From a virus (lineage: Duplodnaviria > Caudoviricetes): 64,000 nt of DNA. The notes under the pieces are model-generated. The model did no database searches, was not told where the DNA came from, and saw nothing but the letters and a program-made list of their open reading frames with translations. A program made the position numbers and the translations under genes. Positions 37,638 through 47,649 of the stretch are shown piece after piece (the first letter of the stretch is position 1; every line of letters starts with the position of its first letter). The stretch is taken from IMG/VR virus record IMGVR_UViG_2926471356_000005, positions 16,798 to 80,797 of that record. One strand, 5' to 3'.

Positions 37638-38587
37638 ACCTCCATATCGTGATTTTTTGTTTTTGCCGCCGCCTTTTTCGGGGCGGTCTTTGCCTTGTCT
37701 GCTTTAAGCTGCGCCCGGATAGAGGGGCGGGGCTTCCTTATCTCCCTGTCCCGGTTCTCCCCCTTGTCAATCAGCGCATACGTCCCATGTCTGCCCTCGA
37801 TTTTGGAAAAGGAAAGAGTCTTATAGGGCAGCATGGAGAAAAGGCGGTCAGTGTCCTTTGTGGCTGCAAGCCGCATGAACGCCGGGGAAAGCTCTGCCAT
37901 GAAATGGGTCTTGTTCGGGCTATTCGGCTCATAGTGCCGCTTCATTTCCCGCACAATGCGCCGCGCTTCCGTTTCAATCAGCCCGTCCCGCAAGGCTGTG
38001 ATATGCGCCTTGAAGTCCCCCGGTGGAAGCTGCTCCCGGCTGCGCCGTTCTTCCTGTAAGAGTGATTGCAGCGCGTCCGGGTCGTCGGGTAGGGCTTCAA
38101 AGCGTTCAAACTTCCCAAGCTGCGGGTCTGGGTTGCCGTTGAAGAACCGTCCGGCGGGTATCTCCCTTTCCCCTCGCTCATAAATCAGCTTCACCGTATC
38201 GGCGGGCAGTTCCTTTTCCTTGACGCGCTCATAATGTTTAGCGTAGTCCAGTTCGTACAGATTGCCCTTAATTTTCCCGCGCTCCTTTCCCGTCAGCTCG
38301 ATTGCATAGGCAAGGACGCGGTCGCTTGTCTGCTCCATGTAGAAACGCCATGTGTTGTGGGGCGCGGTGTCTTTGAGGAAAACGTCGCGCTCCCGGAAAC
38401 AGTGCGTCCCGGACGGGCGGCAGAACCACAAAAGGGTCTTGTCCTCCCTGTTGGGGCTTGCCGCCGCCTTTGCGATAATCTCTTTGTCAATGTCTAAGTC
38501 GCTCTGGTAAAAGCCTGTGTTCTGCTTCATAATCGCTTCAAGGGAAGCGAACAAATCCACGTTTTCAAATTTACTCTGTTCCGGCAT
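37634..38587 (-). CDS. Hypothetical ICE protein
   Basis: 317 aa ending PSIRAQL...DMEV, typical of conjugative-element proteins. Confidence 0.75.
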   Translation of the reverse strand: MPEQSKFENVDLFASLEAIMKQNTGFYQSDLDIDKEIIAKAAASPNREDKTLLWFCRPSGTHCFRERDVFLKDTAPHNTWRFYMEQTSDRVLAYAIELTGKERGKIKGNLYELDYAKHYERVKEKELPADTVKLIYERGEREIPAGRFFNGNPDPQLGKFERFEALPDDPDALQSLLQEERRSREQLPPGDFKAHITALRDGLIETEARRIVREMKRHYEPNSPNKTHFMAELSPAFMRLAATKDTDRLFSMLPYKTLSFSKIEGRHGTYALIDKGENRDREIRKPRPSIRAQLKADKAKTAPKKAAAKTKNHDMEV

Positions 38588-38590
38588 GGG

Positions 38591-41500
38591 TCAGCTCCTT
38601 TCCAAGTCCTGTGACTTCTGCTTTGCGTTTTTCTTCTGCGCCTTTTCCTTGTCGGCTCTAAGCTGCGCCCGGATAGAGGGCTTTTTTTCCGGCTTCGCTC
38701 CCTTGCCGCGCTCCTTGTCGGCTTTGACAGCGTTAGCCAGGTCAACAAGGGAAATCTGCTCGCCCGCCTTTACCTTTGCTTCCAGTTCGTCAACGGTGGG
38801 GGTGTTGTTGATGATACCGTCAATCATGTTTCCGTTCTGCTCTATGGTCTGCTCGGCGGTTTTCAAGGGATTGTCCCGCTGCGCCTGTTCTGCGGCAACG
38901 GCAAACGCCCGCGTCCCATTCCCCATAATCAGATACTTTCCGTCGTCCGACTGGTGGTGAAAGCCATATCCGGCGGCTTCTATCTGCTCCCGGCTCATAG
39001 CGGTTACATGGAAAGTCCCTCTCGGTGTTTTGACAGTTTCGCCCGTTTCCAAGTCGTCCGGGGTAAGCTGCTTCTGCTCCTGTAAAAACTCCGGCACTTC
39101 CCGGAAACCTACACTGTCAACGAAATGCGCCGCGTCCTGTCCGTCCTGATGAAGCACTACCACGTCCGAAACGGAAAGGCTGTGTCCCTTAAAATCTTTG
39201 GGGTGGTCGATATTGAAACGGGTGTAAATATCTTCAAGGGAAGTTTCCGGCGCAAGGGGCGCGGAATAGACAAGCTCATAGTTCGCCCTGTCAACCACAT
39301 TTCCCGCCGCCTGCAGGCGGTCGTATGGCTCAAAGCGGAAATCCCTTGTTTCGTCCCCGCCTTTTATCTGGTAAATGGAAAAGGTGTCTTTGTCCTGTCC
39401 GGCGGTCTGCGCCGTTTCCTGTGCCTTTGCGTAAAGCTGCTTTACGTCGCCCTCGGTCAGCCCGCCGCTTTTGAGCTGCCCCATAAGCTCGCGGCATTTC
39501 TCCGGCGTTCCCGTATAAAGCACGTCGCCCATTTTCGCCCGCCCGTTCTCCTGTGTCACATAGGCTTGCAAGAGGTGGCTGTTTTCCGGGCTGTCGCCGT
39601 AAGGGTTCCGGCGCATCTTGTAAATCGTTTCCGGGGTAAAGGCTTCTTTCGGGGCTGCGCCCGCCTTTTCCTGTGCGCCGGATTTTCCCGGTGCGGCTGC
39701 TTCCGGCTTCTCTTTCCCGGCTGTATCTGCCTTTGCCGGGGCTTCCGGCTGCGGCTGTTCTTTCGGGGCTGCCTTTTCCTCTCTGGTGGGCTGCTCCTGT
39801 CCGGCGGTCTGCTCCTTGTCCTGTGCCTTTTGCAGCTCCGCAAGATTTTCGTCTATGGAATTGATAATCTCGGCGGCTGCGCTGCGTATCGTTTCAAGGG
39901 AGCTTTTCAGCTCGGACAGCTCCCGCCCGCTGCTCCACCCGGCGACATAGCCGAAAGAGTAGTCCGACGTGTCAAGCCCGTAATGTTGGCAGACAGTATA
40001 GGCGACGCTTTCCGCTTCGACTTCGCGGGTGCGGCGGTCAACGTGGGGCTGCTGCTCGTCCTTTGGCGCGTTGAGGTCAATGTCGTGCAGCTTCGCATGG
40101 GCGATTTCGTGAATGGCGGTCTTTAAGGTCTGTAATTCGCTCATGCCCTCGTTGATAGCAATGCGCTTGTCCTCCAAGTGGTAGTAGCCATGAGAGCCGC
40201 CCTCGATATTCTCAAAGGCGATAGGAACGGGGGAAGTCTTTTCAAGGGCTGCGAAAAAATCCTTGTAGCGGTCAACGTCGCCCGTCAGCTCGTCAACGGC
40301 AATATCCGGCAGCTCCTTTCCCTCGGTCTGGGAAACGTCAAAGACGGATACCACCTTGTAGGCGGGTATGGTGACTTCCTTTTCCTCGGTGACGGGCTTT
40401 CCATCCTTGCCGATTATGGGCTTCTGTGTGTGCGGGTCGATTTTCTGCATTTCCTGTTTGATTTTATAGGGCGACGGGGCAATGATTTTAATTCCCTTTT
40501 GCCCTTTCATCACGTTTCGCTCAAAGTTATTCTTCCAAGCGGAAAAGCCCGCCACAAGGGAAGCGTCCGGCTTCTGCATGGCGATAAGGACGGTGTTTCG
40601 GAAGCTGTAATTATGGAATTTTGACATGACTTTCAGATATTCCTTGTAACGCTCGCTGTCAAAGAGTTCCGCAATACCCTGTTCCAGACGGTCGGTAATC
40701 TCTTTTAATTTCTCGGCGGGCTTCTCGCTCGTCAGCACGATAGGGATAACCGGGCGCGGCTCCTGTGGCTGCTCTGCGGTCTGCGCGGTTCTCTGCCCCG
40801 GCGCGGCTGCGTCAAAATCTGCTTTTTCCGGGTCGGGGCGTGACCGCTGCGGGGGCTGCGGCGTTACCCGGTATTCCTGTGGAACGTCGCGCCCGTCGTA
40901 CCATTCTGTAAAGGTGTTGCGGTTGTTGTAGATATAGCCCTTTTCGGTAAACATACCGTCGTCGTTAATGGAAGCGTCGCGCCCGTATTCCTCATACATG
41001 AAATACTTTTTCGCTTCTTCGGGCAGTTCGGGTTCTTCCAGTTCATCAACCAGATAACGCCCGTATTCTTCTTCATTGTGGACGGACGGATAAATCCAGT
41101 AGCAGTCAAGGTTTTGTGCAAGGTTGATGATGTCCTGTAAGCTGTCGGCATGGTCGCCGTATTCAATGGCTGCAATGAATTTCTCCCGGTCGTCGTCAAA
41201 CTGCATTTCCAAGAGCTTCCCTAAATAGTTCAGCTCGTCGGGGTGGGAATACTCGCTTAAATGTTCCGCCAAGCCGGGGATAGGGGATTGAAATTCTGTG
41301 AAATGCCATTCCTCGTAATGCTTGAAGTCAATCCCGATACGGTCAAAGACTTCTTTCAGATGTTCGGCAGTCGTGGGGAACGTCACCCATTCGCCCGCGG
41401 GTCTGCCCTCGGTGTACTTCCCAAGATTGGAAAGATAGCCGCTTAAAATCGGTTCTGCCATTTGTTCGCTCCTTTCTTTTTCAATCATGCGGTGCATAAG

Positions 41501-41959
41501 CTCAAAATCCTCAATGCTCATGCTCCCGTCAAATACATAGGGGTTAAAATCCTCTCCGTCCCGGTAGGGCTTTTCGGAAAAGGGAAGCCCCGCTTCATGG
41601 GCGGCTGCCCTCGCTTCCTCGATAACCTCCGGGGGAAGCCTGTCGTCATGCGCCCCGATAAAACCGTCAATGTCGTTCATGCTGTTTTCGTAGTGGTAGC
41701 GCACTCCGGCGGTCAGCTCGTCAAGGCTCATGTCCTCGCCTAAATGCCCGCAGTAATAGCCGTTTAGGATAACGGCGGCGGGGTCGGTGCTTTTGATTTC
41801 CTCTAACCGGCTCCTGTCCTCCGGGTAGAGGGTGTCGTCCATATCAAGATGAAAATATTCCGCGTTCCATGAACGCCCCTGTTTCCAGAACGCCACCCAT
41901 GCGATACCGTCCCTAAGCTCGTCTTGATAGTCCTTTACGGTGTCCCGTAAACTTGCCAT
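38591..41959 (-). CDS. Polyvalent antirestriction protein (ArdA + ArdC-N + zincin + YodL-like)
   Basis: NLGKYTEG..GEWVTFP (ArdA); FHNYSFRNTVLI (ArdC-N); HEIAH...EVEAES; FNIDHPKDFKGHSLSVSDVV (YodL). Confidence 0.85.
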   Translation of the reverse strand: MASLRDTVKDYQDELRDGIAWVAFWKQGRSWNAEYFHLDMDDTLYPEDRSRLEEIKSTDPAAVILNGYYCGHLGEDMSLDELTAGVRYHYENSMNDIDGFIGAHDDRLPPEVIEEARAAAHEAGLPFSEKPYRDGEDFNPYVFDGSMSIEDFELMHRMIEKERSEQMAEPILSGYLSNLGKYTEGRPAGEWVTFPTTAEHLKEVFDRIGIDFKHYEEWHFTEFQSPIPGLAEHLSEYSHPDELNYLGKLLEMQFDDDREKFIAAIEYGDHADSLQDIINLAQNLDCYWIYPSVHNEEEYGRYLVDELEEPELPEEAKKYFMYEEYGRDASINDDGMFTEKGYIYNNRNTFTEWYDGRDVPQEYRVTPQPPQRSRPDPEKADFDAAAPGQRTAQTAEQPQEPRPVIPIVLTSEKPAEKLKEITDRLEQGIAELFDSERYKEYLKVMSKFHNYSFRNTVLIAMQKPDASLVAGFSAWKNNFERNVMKGQKGIKIIAPSPYKIKQEMQKIDPHTQKPIIGKDGKPVTEEKEVTIPAYKVVSVFDVSQTEGKELPDIAVDELTGDVDRYKDFFAALEKTSPVPIAFENIEGGSHGYYHLEDKRIAINEGMSELQTLKTAIHEIAHAKLHDIDLNAPKDEQQPHVDRRTREVEAESVAYTVCQHYGLDTSDYSFGYVAGWSSGRELSELKSSLETIRSAAAEIINSIDENLAELQKAQDKEQTAGQEQPTREEKAAPKEQPQPEAPAKADTAGKEKPEAAAPGKSGAQEKAGAAPKEAFTPETIYKMRRNPYGDSPENSHLLQAYVTQENGRAKMGDVLYTGTPEKCRELMGQLKSGGLTEGDVKQLYAKAQETAQTAGQDKDTFSIYQIKGGDETRDFRFEPYDRLQAAGNVVDRANYELVYSAPLAPETSLEDIYTRFNIDHPKDFKGHSLSVSDVVVLHQDGQDAAHFVDSVGFREVPEFLQEQKQLTPDDLETGETVKTPRGTFHVTAMSREQIEAAGYGFHHQSDDGKYLIMGNGTRAFAVAAEQAQRDNPLKTAEQTIEQNGNMIDGIINNTPTVDELEAKVKAGEQISLVDLANAVKADKERGKGAKPEKKPSIRAQLRADKEKAQKKNAKQKSQDLERS

Positions 41960-42090
41960 AGTGAAAAACCTCCTTTCTTTGGGGCAGCGTCACAAGCTGC
42001 ATTTTTGGGCTGCATGGTCTACTACGGGTACGCCCGCATTTCTGCCAAAGATTTCTCAAAAATTTTTAGAGGGTGAAGCCCTCCGCAAAA

Positions 42091-42190
42091 GAGGGTTTGG
42101 GAAACTTCCCAACAAGCAAAATCCCCGTCCGGCGCGTCAGCGTCGCAACGGGGATTTACGGAAGTGGGTACCCGCTTCCTATGCTTGCTA
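42091..42190 (-). repeat. Inverted second copy of the oriT-like element
   Basis: 42157-42190 is the exact reverse complement of 34806-34839; 42091-42117 matches 34879-34905 with one mismatch. Confidence 0.88.
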
Positions 42191-42199
42191 TTCAAGTTT

Positions 42200-44290
42200 T
42201 TAGTTCTTCTGTACTTCGATACGGTAGTTGACGTATTTCCCGCCAGTGTCAGCCAGAACGATAGTTCCGTCATAGGTCTTGCCTGTTTTCGGGGAATAGA
42301 GCTTCTTCACATTCACTTTGCCGGATTTAAGGAGCGCGGCGGCAATCTTCGCGGAAAAAGCGGTCTTGCGTTCCTCGAAAAAGCGGTCATTCTTCCACAT
42401 GACAAAGGCACATTCTTTGTTGCTGCAATAATAGTTTTTCTTCCCCTCATGGACGGGGGAACCGCAACGGGGGCATTTGCCGACAGAGGGCTTTTCCTCC
42501 CGGAACAAATCCTTTTTCCCGTCCAGTGCTGCGGCGTGTGTCTGCACAAGCTCCCGCGCCATAGCTTCAATGCCGGACAGAAATTCGCCGGGGTCTGCGG
42601 CTCCCTTTGCTATCTGCGTCAGATTGTTTTCCCATTCTGCGGTAAGCTGCGGGGAAGTGAGCATATCCGGCAAGACTGATATAAGGGCGGCTCCGTTCTG
42701 CGTGGGGATAAGCTGCTTCCCCTTGCGCTCTGCAAAGCCGCCCTTTACCAGTTTTTCAATGACGGCGGCGCGGGTGGCGGGAGTGCCAAGCCCCCGGCGT
42801 TCCGCGTCCGGGTCGGTGTCCCCGTTCCCGGCTCGCTCCATAGCAGAGAGAAGCGACGCTTCGCTGTGGGGCTTCGGCGGCGTTGTGGTATGCTCCGTTA
42901 CTTTTGCGGCGGGGTTAGGAAAGTTCTGTCCCTCGGAAAGCTCCGGCAGCGTCACGCCCTCATTTTCCCCGTCCTCTGCTTCGGGCTTATCTTTCAGCGT
43001 CGCCCGGTATCTGCGTTCAAGCTCTTTCCAACCCTCCGCAAGTACGGTCTTTCCCCTTGCGGTGAAGTCTGTCCCGGCGCATGAGAAAACCGCCGTAACC
43101 GCTTCATAAATATGCGGCTCGGCGGTGGCAAAAAGCAGACGCGCCCCCGCAAGGGTAAGGATATTCTTCTCGCTTTCCGGCAGCGCGTCCGGGTCAGCCT
43201 TTGCAAGCTCCATAGTGGGAATGATTGCGTGGTGGTCTGATACTTTCTTGCTGTCTAATACCTTTGCAATCTCCGGCGTGAAGTCCGCGCCCGCCATAAA
43301 GGGGAGCTTTTCGCAAAGCAGCGCGATAATGTCCGCTGCGGTGCCGCCCATGTCGTCAGTAAGAAAGCTGCTGTCCGTCCTCGGATAAGTAAGGAGCCGC
43401 TTTTCATAAAGGGATTGTGCAAGGTCAAGGGTCTGCTTTGCGGTGTAACCGAAAATGCGGTTCGTTTCCCGCTGCAAAGAGGTAAGGTCAAAGAGCTTTG
43501 GCGGGGCTGCGGTTTTCTTCTCTCTGGTAAGGGAAACGCATACCGCCTTTCCCGCTTCGCAAGCCCCTTTCAGCGCGTCGGCTTCTGCCTTGTCCGAAAT
43601 CCTTTCGCTTGCCGCGTCCGCGCCGGATAAATCAAGGCGAACATGATAATATTTTTCTTTCTGGAAATGGGAGATAGCCGCGTCCCGGTCGGTGAGCATT
43701 TTTAAGGTCGGGGTCTGGACGCGCCCCACGTTCAAGGTCTTTCCATACAGGCAGGAGAAAAGCCGGGTGGCGTTAATGCCGATAAGCCAGTCAGCCTTTG
43801 CGCGGCAGAGGGCGGACGCAAAGAGCGCGCCATAGTCCCGCCCGTCTTTGAGGGAAGCAAAGCCCGCCTTAATCGCCCCGTCCTCCATTGAAGAAATCCA
43901 CAAGCGGCGCATGGGCTTCTTGCAGCCCGCCACTTCGTAGACAAAGCGGAAAATCAATTCACCCTCGCGCCCCGCGTCACACGCATTTACCACTTCGGAA
44001 ACGTCGGCGCGGTGCATAAGCTCTTTAATGGTTTTGAATTGCTTCCCCTTGTCCGGGTCAACGGCGTACTGCCATTCCTCCGGCAGAATGGGTAAGCTGT
44101 CAAAACTCCATTTTTTATATTGCTCCCCGTAGGCGGCAGCTTCCGCAAGCTGTACCAAATGCCCGACGCACCATGAAATGAGGTAGCCGCCGCCCTCGAT
44201 ATACCCGTCCTGTTTCCCCTTAATGCCAAGCGCGGCGGCGATAGTCTGCGCCATGCTCGGCTTTTCTGCAATCACAAGTCTAAATGCCAT
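42200..44290 (-). CDS. topB: DNA topoisomerase III
   Basis: IAEKPS, DAGREGE, GRVQTPTL, LTYPRTD, GLGTPATRA. Confidence 0.95.
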   Translation of the reverse strand: MAFRLVIAEKPSMAQTIAAALGIKGKQDGYIEGGGYLISWCVGHLVQLAEAAAYGEQYKKWSFDSLPILPEEWQYAVDPDKGKQFKTIKELMHRADVSEVVNACDAGREGELIFRFVYEVAGCKKPMRRLWISSMEDGAIKAGFASLKDGRDYGALFASALCRAKADWLIGINATRLFSCLYGKTLNVGRVQTPTLKMLTDRDAAISHFQKEKYYHVRLDLSGADAASERISDKAEADALKGACEAGKAVCVSLTREKKTAAPPKLFDLTSLQRETNRIFGYTAKQTLDLAQSLYEKRLLTYPRTDSSFLTDDMGGTAADIIALLCEKLPFMAGADFTPEIAKVLDSKKVSDHHAIIPTMELAKADPDALPESEKNILTLAGARLLFATAEPHIYEAVTAVFSCAGTDFTARGKTVLAEGWKELERRYRATLKDKPEAEDGENEGVTLPELSEGQNFPNPAAKVTEHTTTPPKPHSEASLLSAMERAGNGDTDPDAERRGLGTPATRAAVIEKLVKGGFAERKGKQLIPTQNGAALISVLPDMLTSPQLTAEWENNLTQIAKGAADPGEFLSGIEAMARELVQTHAAALDGKKDLFREEKPSVGKCPRCGSPVHEGKKNYYCSNKECAFVMWKNDRFFEERKTAFSAKIAAALLKSGKVNVKKLYSPKTGKTYDGTIVLADTGGKYVNYRIEVQKN

Positions 44291-44305
44291 GAAAAAATCC
44301 TCCTT

Positions 44306-44494
44306 TCAGCGTTCCGGCGCGGTGTGCTTCTTCTCCTGTGCCTGTTTCAGACAATAGCCGATACAGGGGGATTGCGCCTTATAAGGGCAACGCATACACG
44401 CCGGGGATTTTGGAACGGGCGGCGCACTGTCACGCCGCCCGGTGGGTCTTTGTACCATCATTTTTTCTAAAGGGTTTTCGGTGAAAAGCGTCAT
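44306..44494 (-). CDS. Small Cys-containing hypothetical protein
   Basis: NPLEKMMVQRP...CMRCPY...CIGYC; coupled to upstream gene. Confidence 0.6.
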   Translation of the reverse strand: MTLFTENPLEKMMVQRPTGRRDSAPPVPKSPACMRCPYKAQSPCIGYCLKQAQEKKHTAPER

Positions 44495-45192
44495 GCTTCC
44501 TCGTCCTCCTGTTCTTCATCAGAAAGCCCGTCCCCCTCGTCCTCGTCGTAATCGTCAAAATCGAAATCTTCAAGGTCGGTGTCGCCCTTGACGTTCTGCT
44601 TTGGCTTCATAAACTTAAAATAATAGAACGCGCCCCCGCCGCCAAGAAGTGCCACGACAAGGAAAAGCACAAGCCCGCCTGTATTGCCTTTCTCTTTGGG
44701 CTGCTCTGTTGGTTTCTCGGTTTCCGGCTCCGCTTCCTTGCCGCTGCAAGCGGTCATGTTGTCCTTGCAGACAGGGCAGCTCACATTTACCTTTCCGGCT
44801 TCGCATTTATCGGTGCAACTGCAAACGGCGGGCGGGGCTGCTTCGGTGCTTCCGTCCTCCATAAGTGCTAAGAGGTCGGCTTCGTCCACTTGATTAAGGA
44901 AATGTACGGTGTCCTCGCCCTCGTCGTCCCGGTCAATGAGGATATAAAAGTAATTGCCGTTTTTGGTCGTTACGGTGATAAGCTGCTTGTTGCCGCCGAA
45001 ATCGTCTACAAGGGTCGCGTTCCCGTCCGGGGTAAGGGGTTCTTCCTTTTGGGGTTCCTCGTAGACAACGCCGCTGTCGTTGGTGTCGTCCTCTCCCTCC
45101 GGGGTCTGTGCAAAAGCGGTGACGGAAAAGCCGCCCATAAGTACAAGGGCGGCGCAAAGTGCGGTCAAGGTTCTAAGGATTTTCTTATTCAT
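44491..45192 (-). CDS. DUF4366-like ICE membrane protein
   Basis: Signal peptide, LTPDGNATLVDD...FLNQVDEADL, C-terminal TM and acidic tail. Confidence 0.8.
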   Translation of the reverse strand: MNKKILRTLTALCAALVLMGGFSVTAFAQTPEGEDDTNDSGVVYEEPQKEEPLTPDGNATLVDDFGGNKQLITVTTKNGNYFYILIDRDDEGEDTVHFLNQVDEADLLALMEDGSTEAAPPAVCSCTDKCEAGKVNVSCPVCKDNMTACSGKEAEPETEKPTEQPKEKGNTGGLVLFLVVALLGGGGAFYYFKFMKPKQNVKGDTDLEDFDFDDYDEDEGDGLSDEEQEDEEA

Positions 45193-45466
45193 TCTCGGTG
45201 TCCTCCATTTCTTCGGTGTCATGGTCTGCGGGTTCTGCGGGGTAGCCCGGCGCGGCTTCCATACCCGGAATACCGCCCCCGGAAAGCATAGCGGAAAGCT
45301 CATGCGGGGAAAGGCGCATGGAGCGCACAAGCTGTACGATTTGCAGGTTTTCCGCTTCGGTTTTCTGCGCTTCAAGCCCCCTTAATCTGTTCTGGTACTC
45401 GGTGATTTTCTCGCGGGTCTTTGCAATCTCTTTGTCGATACGTTCAATTTTGTTCATAGCCATCAA
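45185..45466 (-). CDS. DUF4315-like protein
   Basis: KIERIDKEIAKTREKI...EAENLQIVQLVR. Confidence 0.75.
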   Translation of the reverse strand: MMAMNKIERIDKEIAKTREKITEYQNRLRGLEAQKTEAENLQIVQLVRSMRLSPHELSAMLSGGGIPGMEAAPGYPAEPADHDTEEMEDTENE

Positions 45467-45501
45467 TAAATTTCTCCTTTCAGATTTTCATTTTTTTGTT
45501 G

Positions 45502-47649
45502 TCAGTTCCAATTCATTAAGCCGTAGCCCTTGATACAGGAGTAATTGACGGGGTAGCTCTTTATCTTGCAGGCGTCGCCGGAATTGCCCTCGACGGTATA
45601 GACGCGCTCCCCGTCCGTTCCGATAACAAGCCCCACATGGTCTGCGCTCCCGTCCCCGTCCCAGTCGAAAAAGATAGCGTCGCCGGGGGCGATATTCTCA
45701 TAGCCCCTCGCGCCCCATTGCCCGCGTGACTGGAACCAGGGTACGCCCTGTGACTGGCACCCGGCAAAGCGCGGCTCGCTCTTTCCGGCTTGATTGTAGC
45801 ACCATGAAACGAAACAGGCGCACCATTCCACGCGGCTGTTAAATCCGTACCAGCTCCAAAAGGGTCGCCCGCCCACGTTGCCGACTTGCCGCTTCGCAAG
45901 GTCTACAACGGCGGTGTTGCCGGGGCGTGTGCCGTTTACAAGCTGTACGCCGCTTAAATCCTCGGACGCGCCCATATCGGGGGAGCCGCCGCCGAAAATC
46001 AGCGGTTTGTTTCCGCTTGTTTCCAGATAGACGCGGTACATTTCAAGCTGCTGTGGCGTTAGAAGTTCCTCCGCAATCTCGGAAATGGGCTTGTTCGTCA
46101 GCTTCACGTTGAGGATATGGTACTCGTAGGGTACTTCCTCGGTGGTCGTTTCCCCTGTTTCCGGGTCTGTGCTTGTTTCTGTGCGGTAGCGGATTTCCGT
46201 TTCTTCTGTCAGCGTCAAAGTGTACTGCATGGCAAAGACGCGATTTAGCTCTGCCTGTGCGCTCTGCGGGGTGTAGGTCTGCAAAAGGGCGGTGAGGTAG
46301 GACGCTAACTCATGGGGGTTATGCCCGATACTGTCAAGGTCATAGCGGTATTCGTCATAGCCGGGGTGGGTGCTTTCGATATTGTCAATCTGCTGCTGAA
46401 GCTCGTTTTCCTTTGCGGCGTAATTGTTCTCCGTCGCCACAAGGTCGCTGTCCTCCGACGTGTAGGAAGTCCCAAGTATGCCGTTCATCAAGCCGGAGAA
46501 CATGGAACCGCAAGAGGAAAGCCCCGCCGATACCATGATGAATAAGAGCAGCGCGGCAACGGCGATACATACGCCCGCCGGGTGCCGCCCTACAAAAGCG
46601 ATTGCCTTTTTTGTTTCCTCGGCGGTCTTTTTTGCCGCCTTGCGGGTGTTCTCTGCGGCTTTCTGCGCCGTTTTTGCGCCGCCTTTCCTTGCCGACTTTG
46701 CATACTGCCGCTTGATTTGCTGCTTCTGCATGAAGCGGGAAAGGGGATTGCCCGCAATCTGCGGATTGTCATGCAGGGCTTTATGGTACTGGAAATCCAC
46801 ATTCGCCTTGAACGCCGCTTTCTCTGCCTTTGCCGCCGCCCGGTAGGGTTTGAGCTTGTGGCTGTGGTAGCCCTCCTTGACTTTCCGCGCCCCGTACTTT
46901 GCGCCGCGCTCTGCCAGTTCTTCGGATTTGTGCGCCCCCTCAACGCCGGAATTGTCCTTTTCAACGGAATGTATCTTGTTGTGGACGAAAATACCCGCTT
47001 CCTGTGCGGGGCGGGATAGCGGGTTATTGTGGGGCTTATTCTTTCCTATGGGCTTTTCCTGTTCCTCAAAATGTAGGCGGGTCTTGCCTTTCCCGGTGGC
47101 TTCATCAAAGGTGCGCTCCCGTACAAGTTTCTTTTCTTTGGGGATAGCCGCCTTTGCCGCGTCCAGACGGTCGGCTGCTTTGTCCGATTTTCGGATATAC
47201 CTTTCAAGCTCCGGCGTTGCCCGTTCCTCGTCGGTAAACTGCAAGCGGGAAGATTTTTCTTTTGCTGTGGCTTCTGCCTGTGCTTTCCTCGCCGCCTTTT
47301 TGCTCGCCTTTCTGGTACGCGCCCCGTCGATACGTTCCAAGACGCGCTCGGCTGCTGCGGTGTCCTGTTCCCGTTCTGCCCCCGGCGCATGGGGAAGCGG
47401 CGGCGTGTCGGTTAAGGGCGGGGAAGTTGCGCCGCCCGGTAGGGGCTGCGCTGCCTGTTCCGGCTGCGGTGGGGCTTCGGTCTTTGCAAAGTCCGCGTCC
47501 CTTATCCGCTTGCTGATACGTTTCTTTTTCCCGGTAGCGGCGTTTACCTCGACAGCCCCCTCGCGGGTCATTTTCTGCGTGACTTTTTCACGCGCCTTAT
47601 ATTGTTTTATGTGTCTGTCCCTCCAATCCGCGCCCTTGCAAGGGCGCAA
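45502..47649 (-). CDS. Conjugative cell-wall hydrolase with C-terminal CHAP domain
   Basis: EWCACFVSWC, DHVGLV, TVEGNS; start uncertain. Confidence 0.88.
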   Translation of the reverse strand: MRPCKGADWRDRHIKQYKAREKVTQKMTREGAVEVNAATGKKKRISKRIRDADFAKTEAPPQPEQAAQPLPGGATSPPLTDTPPLPHAPGAEREQDTAAAERVLERIDGARTRKASKKAARKAQAEATAKEKSSRLQFTDEERATPELERYIRKSDKAADRLDAAKAAIPKEKKLVRERTFDEATGKGKTRLHFEEQEKPIGKNKPHNNPLSRPAQEAGIFVHNKIHSVEKDNSGVEGAHKSEELAERGAKYGARKVKEGYHSHKLKPYRAAAKAEKAAFKANVDFQYHKALHDNPQIAGNPLSRFMQKQQIKRQYAKSARKGGAKTAQKAAENTRKAAKKTAEETKKAIAFVGRHPAGVCIAVAALLLFIMVSAGLSSCGSMFSGLMNGILGTSYTSEDSDLVATENNYAAKENELQQQIDNIESTHPGYDEYRYDLDSIGHNPHELASYLTALLQTYTPQSAQAELNRVFAMQYTLTLTEETEIRYRTETSTDPETGETTTEEVPYEYHILNVKLTNKPISEIAEELLTPQQLEMYRVYLETSGNKPLIFGGGSPDMGASEDLSGVQLVNGTRPGNTAVVDLAKRQVGNVGGRPFWSWYGFNSRVEWCACFVSWCYNQAGKSEPRFAGCQSQGVPWFQSRGQWGARGYENIAPGDAIFFDWDGDGSADHVGLVIGTDGERVYTVEGNSGDACKIKSYPVNYSCIKGYGLMNWN

